The notes: generated from the letters alone by a model not told the origin. 64,000 bases of DNA from Verrucomicrobiota bacterium (GCA_045046875.1 JASFYY010000019.1:1-64000); one strand, 5' to 3'. Counted from the stretch's first letter, positions 45,539 through 55,592 are shown. Translations and numbers: made by a program.

Positions 45539-46570
45539 ATGCAGGTGATGATAGATAAAAAAAGGATGATGGGCTTGAAGGCAGAAGGCGGTTTTTTGCC
45601 TGGTTCACCTGGTGTGGTGAAGCGAGGCTTGTTGTTGTTGGGCTTGCTGTTAGTATCGGGTTGTCTACCGCTCATGGCCCAGGGAAATAACAGTTATATC
45701 GTGGTGGACTACACCTATCGAAAGATTCTGGCTGAAAACGATGCCGACCGCAAGGTGCCGGTGGCGAGTTTGACTAAAATCGCCACGGTGGTGGTGGCGA
45801 TGGATTGGCTGAAGGTGACTCGTGGGGATCAGAATCAATTGATGACGGTGCCTCCGTCGGCGGCGATGATTGGCGGAGCCAATCCGGTGGGGATGATTCC
45901 GGGGGACCGGATTCGAGTGAGGGATGCGATGTTTTGTGCGATGATGGTATCGGACAATGTGTCGGCACACACTTTGGCGGTTCACTTTGGACGGCAGATG
46001 ATGGGACGTTTGGGCAAGACGGACCCTTTTGCGACTTTTGTGGGACAGATGAATGCGCTGGCCAAGATGAAGGGCATGACTAGAACCCGCTTCCGCAATG
46101 CCAGCGGTTTGGATCATATTGGTAAACCTGGACTTTCGACGGCTCGCGACATAGCGAAGCTGACGTTTTTTGCTCTGAGCAAATCGTCGTTCACTTTTAT
46201 TTGTGATCAGAAAACACGGCGCATTACTTTTCAGCGGGGGGGGCAGGAGTTGGCGTTTGATTTGAAAAACACCAATGATTTGCTGGGGCGCAATTATGTC
46301 GACGGAGTCAAAACGGGTCGCACTTCAAAAGCCGGCGATTGTCTGGTGGCGAGCGCGCGTCGGCCGGATAAGATCATTCCGCTTGCGAATGACAAAAAAA
46401 GCCGTATTCCCTATCGGATTTTTTCGGTGGTATTGCACTCGCCCAATCGTTTTGGACAGACGACGCAATTGCTCAATAATGGTTGGGGGCGTTATGAAGC
46501 GTGGATGGCGGCAGGTATGGTGATAGAAGATGCAGATGAATTGTTGAACGTAGACAATACGCCGCGCTGA
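45539..46570 (+). CDS. D-alanyl-D-alanine carboxypeptidase (peptidase S11)
   Basis: SLTK, SDN and KTG motifs; F.NASGLD and STARD; exact start uncertain. Confidence 0.9.
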   Translation: MQVMIDKKRMMGLKAEGGFLPGSPGVVKRGLLLLGLLLVSGCLPLMAQGNNSYIVVDYTYRKILAENDADRKVPVASLTKIATVVVAMDWLKVTRGDQNQLMTVPPSAAMIGGANPVGMIPGDRIRVRDAMFCAMMVSDNVSAHTLAVHFGRQMMGRLGKTDPFATFVGQMNALAKMKGMTRTRFRNASGLDHIGKPGLSTARDIAKLTFFALSKSSFTFICDQKTRRITFQRGGQELAFDLKNTNDLLGRNYVDGVKTGRTSKAGDCLVASARRPDKIIPLANDKKSRIPYRIFSVVLHSPNRFGQTTQLLNNGWGRYEAWMAAGMVIEDADELLNVDNTPR

Positions 46571-46626
46571 TAAATTTTATATAGTGAAAGGAATGCCGCG
46601 AGCCGGCAGTATAGCCAGTAGATGAC

Positions 46627-47109
46627 ATGATAGATCCCATAATAAAACAATTGCAGAAGAACTCCAAGCTCAGCACCAGTGAGTTGGCGGATTTGTTGGC
46701 GCGCGATGAGAAGGAGATCGTGGAACAGATCGCGACCTTTGAAAAAGAGGGGGCGATCTTGGGTTATCAGGCGGTGGTTGATCCGGAGAAAGCCGGGGAC
46801 TCTGGAGTGACCGCGTTGATCGAGGTGAAACTGACTCCGGAACGGGGTGGTGGTTTTGATCGCCTGGCGTCGCGTATATCGAAGTTTGATAGTGTGACGA
46901 GTTGTTATCTGATGAGCGGGGGATACGACCTGGCAGTGGTGGTGACGGGTGGAAATCTGCGTGATGTGGCCAGTTTTGTGACGGAGAAGCTTAGCACGAT
47001 CGAGGGAGTGATTTCGACGGCGACGCACTTTCAACTGAAGATTTATAAACAAAGCGGCTTTTTTGCCCAGACGGAGAGTGAGCCGACAAGGTTGGCGGTG
47101 GCTCCTTGA
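46627..47109 (+). CDS. Lrp/AsnC family transcriptional regulator (YugG/AlaR-like)
   Basis: N-terminal HTH, YLMSGGYDL and STATHF.LK.YK; adjacent to an aminotransferase. Confidence 0.9.
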   Translation: MIDPIIKQLQKNSKLSTSELADLLARDEKEIVEQIATFEKEGAILGYQAVVDPEKAGDSGVTALIEVKLTPERGGGFDRLASRISKFDSVTSCYLMSGGYDLAVVVTGGNLRDVASFVTEKLSTIEGVISTATHFQLKIYKQSGFFAQTESEPTRLAVAP

Positions 47110-47128
47110 ATGAGAAGAGAGGGGGATT

Positions 47129-47283
47129 AACCACTAAAAGCACGAAAAGGAGAAAGGGTTTTGAGCGCGGATAAGAGGAGAGATTTTAATAAAGGATAAC
47201 AGGGGAGTTTTGTTACGAGTTGGTTCGAGCTATTTAAAGTGGAGGTTTTGAAAGTAAATCTCTTATCAGTGTCATCAGTGGTT
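47129..47283. repeat. Degenerate AACCACT..ATCAGTGGTT inverted-repeat cassette
   Basis: AACCACTAAAAGCACGAAA at 47129 and ATCAGTGTCATCAGTGGTT at 47265-47283. Confidence 0.5.
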
Positions 47284-47352
47284 TCCTAAAGGAATTTTTT
47301 ATCTGCGATTTCTCAAAGAAGTTTATCCTTGAATGGAAAAAAGTGAATTTTT

Positions 47353-48540
47353 ATGAATTTAGATAATTTTATAGCTGAGCATTTGCGTCAGATTCCTCGT
47401 TCGGGGATTAGGGACTTTTTTGAGTTGGTGCAGGGGCGTGACGATGTGATTTCTCTGGGGGTGGGTGAGCCGGACTATTCGACGCCGTGGCATATTCGCG
47501 AGGCGGCGATTTATTCTTTGGAAAAGGGGGAGACTTCTTATACTTCCAATTTTGGTTTGATGTCTTTGCGCCGTGAGATTTCAGATTACGTCGAAGAGAA
47601 GTTTGAGGTGCGTTACTCGCCGGACGATGAGATTCTGGTAACGGTGGGGGTGTCGGAGGCCTTGGATCTGGCTTTTCGGGCTTTGTTGAATCCGGGGGAC
47701 GAGGTGATTTTTCACCAGCCTTGTTATGTGTCTTATCATCCCGGCATCGTGATGGCACGTGGGGTGGGGCTGGCGATTGAGACCAAGGCGGAGGATAAGT
47801 TTGCGCTGATGGCGAGTGATGTGGAAAAACACATCACGAATAAAACCAAAATTCTGGTGATCAATTTTCCAACCAATCCCACAGGGGCAGTTGAGCCGGT
47901 GGAGGAGTTGGAGAAGATCGCGGCTCTGGCGATCAAACATGACATCATCGTGATCAGTGATGAGATCTACAGCGAGCTGACTTATGGTGAGGACGAGGGC
48001 ATGAAGGCGGCCGAGCATGTGTCGATCGCCAGCTTGCCGGGCATGAAGGATCGCACTATTTTGTTGCATGGGTTTTCCAAGGCATTTGCGATGACCGGCT
48101 TTCGTTTGGGTTATGCCTGTGCGCCACCGGTTTTGACTGAGGCGATGATGAAGATCCATCAGTATGCGATGCTGTGCGCGCCGATCACCAGTCAGGCGGC
48201 GGCGGTCGAGGCTTTGCAGAATGGGGCCGGACCGGTGGAGGAGATGCGGCAGTCGTATGCCACACGCCGCAATCTGATGCTCAAGCGTTTTGAGCAAATC
48301 GGAGTGCCGTGTTTTTCTCCCGGTGGGGCGTTTTATATGTTCCCCGATGTGCGTGAGTTCGGTCTCAGCAGCAGTGAGTTTGCGTTTAAATTTCTGGAAG
48401 AGGAGAATGTGGCGGCGGTGCCGGGCAGTGCTTTTGGTGAGGCTGGCGAGGGTTTTGTGCGTTGTTGTTATGCGACGGCGAAGGATAAGCTGGAAATTGC
48501 GATGGAGCGCATGGGGAACTTTGTAGAAAGATTGCGGTGA
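47353..48540 (+). CDS. Class I/II PLP-dependent aminotransferase (YugH/AlaT-like)
   Basis: SLGVGEPD, NFPTNPTG, SDEIY and FSKAFAMTGFRLGY. Confidence 0.93.
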   Translation: MNLDNFIAEHLRQIPRSGIRDFFELVQGRDDVISLGVGEPDYSTPWHIREAAIYSLEKGETSYTSNFGLMSLRREISDYVEEKFEVRYSPDDEILVTVGVSEALDLAFRALLNPGDEVIFHQPCYVSYHPGIVMARGVGLAIETKAEDKFALMASDVEKHITNKTKILVINFPTNPTGAVEPVEELEKIAALAIKHDIIVISDEIYSELTYGEDEGMKAAEHVSIASLPGMKDRTILLHGFSKAFAMTGFRLGYACAPPVLTEAMMKIHQYAMLCAPITSQAAAVEALQNGAGPVEEMRQSYATRRNLMLKRFEQIGVPCFSPGGAFYMFPDVREFGLSSSEFAFKFLEEENVAAVPGSAFGEAGEGFVRCCYATAKDKLEIAMERMGNFVERLR

Positions 48541-48547
48541 GGGAAGA

Positions 48548-48582
48548 AGGAGATAGGAGTTAGAAGGTAGGAGATAGAATTT
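48548..48582. repeat. Five degenerate heptamer repeats
   Basis: AGGAGAT AGGAGTT AGAAGGT AGGAGAT AGAATTT; same type as 43652-43700. Confidence 0.65.
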
Positions 48583-48590
48583 TTTTTGTG

Positions 48591-49310
48591 ATGAGTGAAG
48601 AAGTAAAAATTAATAAAGCTGTGATTCTGGCGGCGGGTCGAGGCACACGCATGAAGGGGCTGACAGAAGATATTCCCAAGCCGATGATCGAGGTGCAGGG
48701 GAGTCCGATTTTGGAGACGATTATTCGTGGTCTGGTGGAGAATGGGGTAAGGGAAGTATTGGTGGTAGTGGGGTATCGTCCGGAGGTGATTAAAGATTAT
48801 TTTGGTGATGGCAGTGCTTTTGGCTGTGAGATTTCTTATGTGACCCAGGTGGTGCAGGATGGCACCGGACGAGTGGTGGATCTGGCGGCGGATTTTTCTG
48901 CGGGTGATGCTTTCATTTTGAGTTATGGCGATATATTGGTGCCGGCGGCGAGTTACGCTGATTTGGTCGAGTTTTCTGGCGTGGATGCTAAGATCACAGT
49001 TAAGGTCAATGAGGATGTGTCGCAAGGTGGTGCGGTGTTCATCGATGATGAGGGCTGGTTGACGGGTTTGATCGAAAAACCCGGCCCTGGTGAGCCGACC
49101 AGTCCGTATTATAATGCGGGGATTTATTCGTTCAGTGCACGTATTTTTGAATACACCGCGAAGCTTGAGAAATCGCCGCGTGGGGAGTATGAGCTGACCG
49201 ATGCTATTGCCGCCATGGTGGAGGATGGTTTGAAGGTGAAGGCGGTGGAGTTGAGTGGAGAGTGGGCGGATGTGCGCGACCCGGGAGTGGTGGAGAGTCT
49301 AAATCAATAG
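48591..49310 (+). CDS. Sugar-phosphate nucleotidyltransferase family protein
   Basis: AVILAAGRGTRM, PKPM, YGD, EKP and SPRGEYELTDAI. Confidence 0.9.
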   Translation: MSEEVKINKAVILAAGRGTRMKGLTEDIPKPMIEVQGSPILETIIRGLVENGVREVLVVVGYRPEVIKDYFGDGSAFGCEISYVTQVVQDGTGRVVDLAADFSAGDAFILSYGDILVPAASYADLVEFSGVDAKITVKVNEDVSQGGAVFIDDEGWLTGLIEKPGPGEPTSPYYNAGIYSFSARIFEYTAKLEKSPRGEYELTDAIAAMVEDGLKVKAVELSGEWADVRDPGVVESLNQ

Positions 49311-49318
49311 GTCATCGC

Positions 49319-50956
49319 ATGAAGGTCGGCATCGGACAGATCAACGCTACGATTGGGGATTTTGCAGGCAATGTCGAGCGCTTGCTCAAGGCGTATCGTC
49401 AATGTGTCGAAGCCGGAGCTGATTTGGTGGTGACGCCTGAGTTGGCGATTCCGGGTTATCCGCCACGGGACATGGTTTATCGTTCGGGGTTTGTGGAGGG
49501 CAATTTGCAGGCTTTGCGCGACTTGGCTGCGCAGACCGGGGAAGTGCCTTTGATCACGGGATTTGTTGATTTTTCGGAACAAGAAGCGGGCGCCCCTTTT
49601 GTTAATGCGGCGGCGGTGTTGCAGCATGGTAAAGTCGGGCAGGTGGTATTGAAGTGTTTGTTGCCGACTTACGATGTGTTTGACGAAGCGCGTTATTTCC
49701 AACCGGGTAATCAATGTGAGCCGGTGGAGATCGCGGGGGTGAAGATGGGCATCACGATTTGTGAGGATATTTGGAGTGAGGATTATCTGCCGTCCAAGTT
49801 GTATGTGAAAAACCCGCCAAAAGCTTTGGTGGAAAAAGGAGCGCAGATGATTTTGAACCTGAGCGCATCACCTTATCATCAAGGGAAGGCTGAGGTGCGC
49901 GAGCAAATGATGGATGATCTGTGCCGTGATCTGGATGTGCCTCTGGTTTATGCCAATGCGATCGGTGGCAACGACCAGTTGGTGTTTGATGGGCATTCGG
50001 CGGTGATTGGGAAAGATGGCAAGGTGTTGAAACGCCTGGCCGGTTTTGAGGAAGCGGTGGAGGTGGTTGATTTGAATGGGGATGAGGAATCAGTGGAGGA
50101 TTGGCCTGAGCCGATGGCGGAGGTGGCGCAGGCTTTGACACTGGGAGTGCGTGATTACATGCGTAAGTGCGGATTCAAAAAAGCGGTGATTGGTTTGAGC
50201 GGAGGTATTGACTCCGCGCTGGTGGCGGCGATTGCGGCACGGGCAATGGGTGCGGAGAATGTATTGGGGGTTACCATGCCGAGTCAGTTTTCGTCGGACG
50301 GCAGTGTGGACGACTCGGTGGCCTTGGCGGATTTTCTAGGCATCGAGTGTCAGCAGATTCCGATTGAGAGAGTGTTTGAGGCTTTGAAAAGCGAGATGGC
50401 GCCGGTTTTTGGGGATCGCGAGGAAGATGTGACCGAGGAGAATATGCAGGCGCGCATCCGCGGGTTGATGCTGATGTCGATTTCTAACAAGATGGGCAAT
50501 TTGTTGCTAACGACGGGTAATAAAAGTGAGCTGGCGGTCGGTTATTGCACCATTTATGGAGACATGTGCGGAGGTCTGGCGGTGATCAGTGATTTGCCCA
50601 AAACCACGGTTTTTGAATTGTCACGTTGGCTTAATCGTGATGAGGAGGTGATCCCCTGGAATACCATCAATAAACCTCCGAGTGCGGAGTTGCGGCCTGA
50701 CCAGAAGGATCAGGATTCTTTGCCGGACTATGATGTGTTGGATGGTATTTTGGAGCGTTACGTGGAGCGGCAGTTGAGTGTGGCAGAGATCATTGCGGAC
50801 GGCTTTGATGGCGAAGTGGTGAAGTGGGTGGCACGGGCGGTGGATATCAATGAGTGGAAACGTTTCCAGGCAGCTCCCGGTATTCGGGTTAGTAGCAAGG
50901 CTTTTGGCATGGGGCGCCGTTATCCGATTGCGCAACGTTATGTGGCGCGACCGTAG
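49319..50956 (+). CDS. nadE: Glutamine-dependent NAD+ synthetase
   Basis: Nitrilase-fold glutaminase (PEL, K.LLP.YDVFDE, ICED) plus GLSGGIDS, NKSE and PSAEL.P.Q.D. Confidence 0.95.
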   Translation: MKVGIGQINATIGDFAGNVERLLKAYRQCVEAGADLVVTPELAIPGYPPRDMVYRSGFVEGNLQALRDLAAQTGEVPLITGFVDFSEQEAGAPFVNAAAVLQHGKVGQVVLKCLLPTYDVFDEARYFQPGNQCEPVEIAGVKMGITICEDIWSEDYLPSKLYVKNPPKALVEKGAQMILNLSASPYHQGKAEVREQMMDDLCRDLDVPLVYANAIGGNDQLVFDGHSAVIGKDGKVLKRLAGFEEAVEVVDLNGDEESVEDWPEPMAEVAQALTLGVRDYMRKCGFKKAVIGLSGGIDSALVAAIAARAMGAENVLGVTMPSQFSSDGSVDDSVALADFLGIECQQIPIERVFEALKSEMAPVFGDREEDVTEENMQARIRGLMLMSISNKMGNLLLTTGNKSELAVGYCTIYGDMCGGLAVISDLPKTTVFELSRWLNRDEEVIPWNTINKPPSAELRPDQKDQDSLPDYDVLDGILERYVERQLSVAEIIADGFDGEVVKWVARAVDINEWKRFQAAPGIRVSSKAFGMGRRYPIAQRYVARP

Positions 50957-51018
50957 CGTGTGGTATACTGCTTGTGGTGAGTGAGCGTGGTAAAAATGCA
51001 TTACAGGACAATAAATAT

Positions 51019-51099
51019 AACCACTGATGGGCACTGATAAACACTGATAAGGAAGAAGGGTTTAAGTCATGGTAAATAATGCAAATCAGTGTTGATCAC
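51019..51099. repeat. AACCACTGAT-type triplet repeat with partial inverted arm
   Basis: AACCACTGATGGGCACTGATAAACACTGAT (27/30 identical to 43814-43843); ATCAGTG at 51085. Confidence 0.7.
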
Positions 51100-51116
51100 A
51101 GCGCCTCTAATTGTTG

Positions 51117-51602
51117 ATGAAAGATCCATATAAAATTCTGTTTGTTTGCTGGGGTAATATTTGTCGATCACCGACGGCGGAGAATGTGATGCGGACGGTG
51201 ATTGAGCGGGAGAGCTTGGCGGGTGAGATTGAGGTGGATTCTGCCGGGACTTTGCACATGCATGCGGGTAATCGCCCTGACTCGAGGATGACGGTGGCAG
51301 CGGAGGCGCGGGGCTATGAAATGAAGGGGCGTGCGCGCGGGATAGAGGTCGAGGACTTTGATGATTTCGATTTGATCCTGGTGATGGATTTTGATAATCA
51401 GTCCGAGGTGTTGGCGCTGAAAGAGGGGTATCAGGGGGCAAAAGGAGAGGTGCGTTTGTTTTGCGAGTTTTGTGAAAATTTTGAGGATCAAGTGGTACCC
51501 GATCCTTATTATGGTGGTCCGGAGGGTTTTGAAAAAGTGCTGGATCTGATTGAGGACGGGTGTGAGGGGATTGTGAAGTGGCGGCGGAAGATTATTGCTT
51601 GA
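51117..51602 (+). CDS. Low-molecular-weight protein-tyrosine phosphatase
   Basis: CWGNICRS P-loop, DSAG and DPYY. Confidence 0.95.
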   Translation: MKDPYKILFVCWGNICRSPTAENVMRTVIERESLAGEIEVDSAGTLHMHAGNRPDSRMTVAAEARGYEMKGRARGIEVEDFDDFDLILVMDFDNQSEVLALKEGYQGAKGEVRLFCEFCENFEDQVVPDPYYGGPEGFEKVLDLIEDGCEGIVKWRRKIIA

Positions 51603-51643
51603 AGGCAAATTACGCAGAGGGGCGCAGATGAATTAAATTAACA

Positions 51644-51874
51644 TTACTCGAAGGCGGGGGTGGATCCGGGTGGAGGAGGTGATTGATCCTGCGGTAGGAT
51701 GTCGGGGCGTTCTTTGCGGATGCTGATGCCGATGATTTCGGGTAGGCTGTAAAATAGGCCGTTCAGGCCGTATTCTATTCGGCGGCGACCGTTGCAGGTC
51801 ACTGCCGGTGGCAGTGTTCTACTGGGTTGGTCAGTTGATTTGCAGGGGCTTGGAGTGGTGTCGCAGGTATTCAT
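51644..51874 (-). CDS. Possible small orphan protein (76 aa)
   Basis: Fills an intergenic gap and has an ATG start; no recognisable motif. Confidence 0.35.
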   Translation of the reverse strand: MNTCDTTPSPCKSTDQPSRTLPPAVTCNGRRRIEYGLNGLFYSLPEIIGISIRKERPDILPQDQSPPPPGSTPAFE

Positions 51875-52032
51875 AGGTGTTTATAGAAAAAGGGGTCCTG
51901 TTTTTTGAGTATAAATAGAAGAGCGAGGGGGGATACCAGTTGCTATCTAGCTAAAGCTTTTTGCAGCGATCGGAGCAGTGAAAGCAATAATTGAGAATTA
52001 AGCGTTGAACAGTGGGGCTTCATGGTGTGTGA

Positions 52033-52992
52033 TTGCCCATCTTGATAGCCGAATATTATTTACACAACCTCGATCCCGTTCTTTTTCAGTTCACGGAAAA
52101 GCTGGCGATCCGATGGTATGGTTTAGCTTATGTGCTCAGTTTTGTGCTGGGCTTTTTTCTGTTGCGTCAGTTAGTGCGCAAGGGATACTCCGAGCTGAAG
52201 GAGGATCAGGTGGCCGACTTCATTACTTTCTGCGCTTTGTTCGGGGTGATGTTGGGAGGGCGCATGGGTTATATGTTGCTTTATGACTTTGATCGTTTCA
52301 TTCACGCTCCGTGGACTTTTTTCTATTTTCTGCAAGGCGGCATGGCCAGTCATGGGGGCATTTTGGGTTTGGTGATTTTCACCTGGTTTTATGCCTGGCG
52401 AAATAAAATATCGTGGTGCGGGGTGGGCGACAACCTGGTGGTGGTGGCTCCGATTGGTTTGTTTCTGGTACGCCTAGCCAATTTTATCAATGGAGAGCTG
52501 TATGGCCGGGTCACTTCGGTGGCATGGGCGATGAAGTTCCCTGCGGAGATTTATGACATGGCACCGGTCAGGGTTCAGGAATTGTTGGTCAAAACAGGTT
52601 TGCCTTATCCCGAGGCGGTGATCGAGGCGAACCGTAATGGAGATGTCGCGGTGCAAACGGTGCTGCGCGAGTTTTTACCGCCACGTCATCCGTCCCAATT
52701 TTATGAAGCAGGGCTCGAGGGGCTGTTATTGTTTTCTATTCTGATCTTTGTGCGTTTGCGTTGGAAAAATCTGTATCATGGTATTCTTACCGGATTGTTT
52801 TTTATCTTTTATGCGATTTTCCGGATATCGGCAGAAAACTTCCGCGAACCTGATGCGGGTTTGATCATAGGTTTGCCACGGGGGCAGTTTTATTCTTTGT
52901 TCATGGTTTTGATCGGCGTGGCCTTTCTCGGTTTTGCTTTTAAGAACAAGCGCCTCAATCAAACGCCTGTAGCGGCTGGGAAAAAAGGGTGA
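52033..52992 (+). CDS. lgt: Prolipoprotein diacylglyceryl transferase
   Basis: IRWYG, GGRMGY, GGMASHGG, RLANFINGELYGR, HPSQFYE and E.FREPD. Confidence 0.95.
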   Translation: MPILIAEYYLHNLDPVLFQFTEKLAIRWYGLAYVLSFVLGFFLLRQLVRKGYSELKEDQVADFITFCALFGVMLGGRMGYMLLYDFDRFIHAPWTFFYFLQGGMASHGGILGLVIFTWFYAWRNKISWCGVGDNLVVVAPIGLFLVRLANFINGELYGRVTSVAWAMKFPAEIYDMAPVRVQELLVKTGLPYPEAVIEANRNGDVAVQTVLREFLPPRHPSQFYEAGLEGLLLFSILIFVRLRWKNLYHGILTGLFFIFYAIFRISAENFREPDAGLIIGLPRGQFYSLFMVLIGVAFLGFAFKNKRLNQTPVAAGKKG

Positions 52993-53118
52993 GCTGAATG
53001 CATTGTTTTGCATCGGCTTGAAAAATAGAGGAAAAGGGTGAATATTTACCGGGTGAGCCCGTCTTACTGAGTGAATAGTTCGAGAAAAACGGCCTGGAAT
53101 GGGTCAAATCCTGATGAA

Positions 53119-53823
53119 ATGATGAAAAATGCTCCTTTTTTTAGTTTATTGATGAGTCTGGTAATTACTTCGACGGTGATGATCGCTCCGCTTTCCCAAG
53201 CGGGCGAACGGCGCAAGACTCTTGCTGACTGTCCGACCTGCAAAAGGCCGGTTTATTCCTATTACAAATTCAAGACCTTTAAGGATCAACAGCCGGTGTA
53301 TGCCTGGGAAGTCAGTGGGCATAGCAAATGTGGAGTGAAAGTGGCCACGGCACAAAAAGCAACGCAGCCTTCTGTTGTGGAAAAAAGTAAAACAAAAACG
53401 GCACAACAGAAATCAGAGCATAAGGAAAAACAAACTGAACGGCCTGCTTATGCCAGTCATGATGGGGGGAGAGGGGCTTACGGAGGAGGCAGTGGTTATA
53501 CCGCAGGTTATGCAGGGCGGGGTTACGGCGGCGGCAATTTTGGTGGAGGTAATTATGGCAATGCCTTTCACCCTGAGTATGGATATGGCCGAGATACCCG
53601 TTACAGTGGATATGAACAGGGTTACGGCACGGTCACCAGACGAACTACCGTGACCAGCCCCACACCGGCCCGAGGTATTTTTGGAGGTTTTTCCGGCACC
53701 AGCACCCGCACTTATACCACCCGAACCCGAACCAGTTATCGTGGTTCCTACAGTGGCGGCAGGCGCAGTTACAGTTATGGCGGCGGAGGCGGCCATGGAC
53801 ACAGCCACGTTAGTCATTATTGA
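53119..53823 (+). CDS. Secreted protein with a CxxC...HxxC mini-domain and Gly/Tyr/Arg-rich tail
   Basis: Signal peptide (SQA), CPTC..HSKC, then GYGG/GGRG low complexity and a His-rich end. Confidence 0.65.
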   Translation: MMKNAPFFSLLMSLVITSTVMIAPLSQAGERRKTLADCPTCKRPVYSYYKFKTFKDQQPVYAWEVSGHSKCGVKVATAQKATQPSVVEKSKTKTAQQKSEHKEKQTERPAYASHDGGRGAYGGGSGYTAGYAGRGYGGGNFGGGNYGNAFHPEYGYGRDTRYSGYEQGYGTVTRRTTVTSPTPARGIFGGFSGTSTRTYTTRTRTSYRGSYSGGRRSYSYGGGGGHGHSHVSHY

Positions 53824-53830
53824 ACTGCGG

Positions 53831-54820
53831 TCACTTGCCTGTCCACTTGTTATAAGCTTCCCCCACTTTGGCTTCTGCGGGTGTTCCGTGGTGGAGCAAA
53901 ACGCGGTATTTCAGGGTTAAGGATTCACCGTTTTTGATGGTGTGATCCCCGGCATTTTTATCGGCATCCTTTTCAAAGTGCCCTTGGCCAAAAGGATTGG
54001 CCGTGAACAAACCGTAGTCGCGGGCATGCCACCAGGTAGGATGGCGGAAGCTGTCGGGGTGATCAAAAATGGTGATGCCGTAAATATTGCCTTGGGAGTC
54101 AGGGCCGTAATAATCGACCCACTTGGCACGCTTGCCCCAGGCGTCGTTATTTTTCAGTCCTTCACTGGTGAGAATGTGCCCTTTGGCGACGGGGCCTTTC
54201 AGGCGTAGTGACGGGGTGGTGCGGATGGCAAAAGCGCCTTCTTTGTCATCGGCGATTTTCACATCGCCAGTGGTGGCCATCAGGGTGATGGTGGCGTCGA
54301 TGGTCAGACTGCCATCGGCTTCTTTTTTGAAGGTGAAGTCGCGACGATCTTCCATGATTTTTAATCTGGAGCCGGGATCGATCCAGTCATCGGCGGTTTT
54401 GAGGGTCACGGCCTGGTTTTTGATTTGGATGCCTTTCAGTCCGGCGAACACGATTTGGCCCGCGCCTTCTTTTTCGTGCCAAAAATCGATGCCGTTGACC
54501 TTGCCCAATCCGAACCACAGGCCGCGGTGGTGGGGGTGGTCGGTCGATTCATGGGCGACGTTTTCTTTCATCGGAAACTTGCGTGTCACGCCTTCTCCCG
54601 TGGGGCCGATCAGGGGATAAAAATAGGGCCGTAACACACTTTTCACATGGTAGGAGGTGACCAGTTTACCTTGGTAACGAAACTGCCAGGCGCCGCCTTG
54701 TTGGCTGACTTGCCAGCCATTGCCCTTGATTTGTTGAGCGTGGGACGAGGAGGAGGTGAAGACCCAGACTGTAAGGATTAGCAACAGGGGGTGGATGAGT
54801 AGGTGCTTGAGCGGGTTCAT
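53831..54820 (-). CDS. DUF6807 ('PmoA-like') secreted protein
   Basis: RPYFYPL.GP, DHPHHRGLWF, AWGKRAKWVDY and WHARDYGLF.ANPFG. Confidence 0.85.
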   Translation of the reverse strand: MNPLKHLLIHPLLLILTVWVFTSSSSHAQQIKGNGWQVSQQGGAWQFRYQGKLVTSYHVKSVLRPYFYPLIGPTGEGVTRKFPMKENVAHESTDHPHHRGLWFGLGKVNGIDFWHEKEGAGQIVFAGLKGIQIKNQAVTLKTADDWIDPGSRLKIMEDRRDFTFKKEADGSLTIDATITLMATTGDVKIADDKEGAFAIRTTPSLRLKGPVAKGHILTSEGLKNNDAWGKRAKWVDYYGPDSQGNIYGITIFDHPDSFRHPTWWHARDYGLFTANPFGQGHFEKDADKNAGDHTIKNGESLTLKYRVLLHHGTPAEAKVGEAYNKWTGK

Positions 54821-54995
54821 ATTTTTTTACTTTGAATAGTGGTGTGCTATCGGGGGTGTTTTTTTGAGCTTAAACTACTATCTCAAGTCTTGCACTGTAG
54901 CGCAAGTGTCGATAACTTGGCAGCAGGATTGCCGTAACCCTTAATTTTGCCAAATAGGCGGCGGCGAGGATGAATAATTTTTAAAAGATAAAGTG

Positions 54996-55592
54996 ATGGA
55001 ATGGTTTTACGCACGAGGTGATATGCAGCGCGGTCCGGTGACGGAAGAGGAGCTGGGGGATTTGGTCCGGGATGGGATCATCTCGGCGGAAACGCGGGTG
55101 TGGAGGGAGGGGATGAGTGATTGGGTTCCTTTATCAGAAGTGCATAAACTGGCGGGCCGTTATTTAAAAAAGGAAACATCGTTTAAAAAGGAATCGCCGG
55201 TGGCTGGAGTTGAAAACTCGCTGGTGGCACCGACGGCTTCGTCGAGCATGGCGGCAGCGGCGAGCCCAACTGTTAATGTGCCGGATTTGCCACAGGGGGT
55301 GGCTCGGCGCCCGGGCGCTGAAGGGGATTTGAAACAACCTCCCACGTATTTGGTGCAGGCGGTTATTGGTTTGGTATTTTCTTTTTTCTGTTGTTTTGTG
55401 CCGGGTATTCCCGCTATCGTGGCGATTGTATTTGCGACCAAGGTATCAGGTCTTCACGAGGCAGGTGATTTTGACGGGGCTTTGGAGGCTTCGAAAAAAG
55501 CGAGACTGTGGTGTAATATTACAGGGGCGGTGTTTCTGGTTATGATAATTTTATCAGTCATCGCCAATGCCCTGGATGTGCCGACACCGTAG
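54996..55592 (+). CDS. GYF_2 (DUF4339) + CD225/dispanin membrane protein
   Basis: WFY...Q.GP....L...G.I...T.VWREGM.DW; PPTYL...CCF...AIVFA.KV...GD..GA..AS.KA..W. Confidence 0.85.
   Translation: MEWFYARGDMQRGPVTEEELGDLVRDGIISAETRVWREGMSDWVPLSEVHKLAGRYLKKETSFKKESPVAGVENSLVAPTASSSMAAAASPTVNVPDLPQGVARRPGAEGDLKQPPTYLVQAVIGLVFSFFCCFVPGIPAIVAIVFATKVSGLHEAGDFDGALEASKKARLWCNITGAVFLVMIILSVIANALDVPTP

Noticed and set aside
53831..54820. Particulate methane monooxygenase subunit
   Set aside because: Soluble secreted DUF6807-type protein with no multi-TM topology and no pmoCB neighbours
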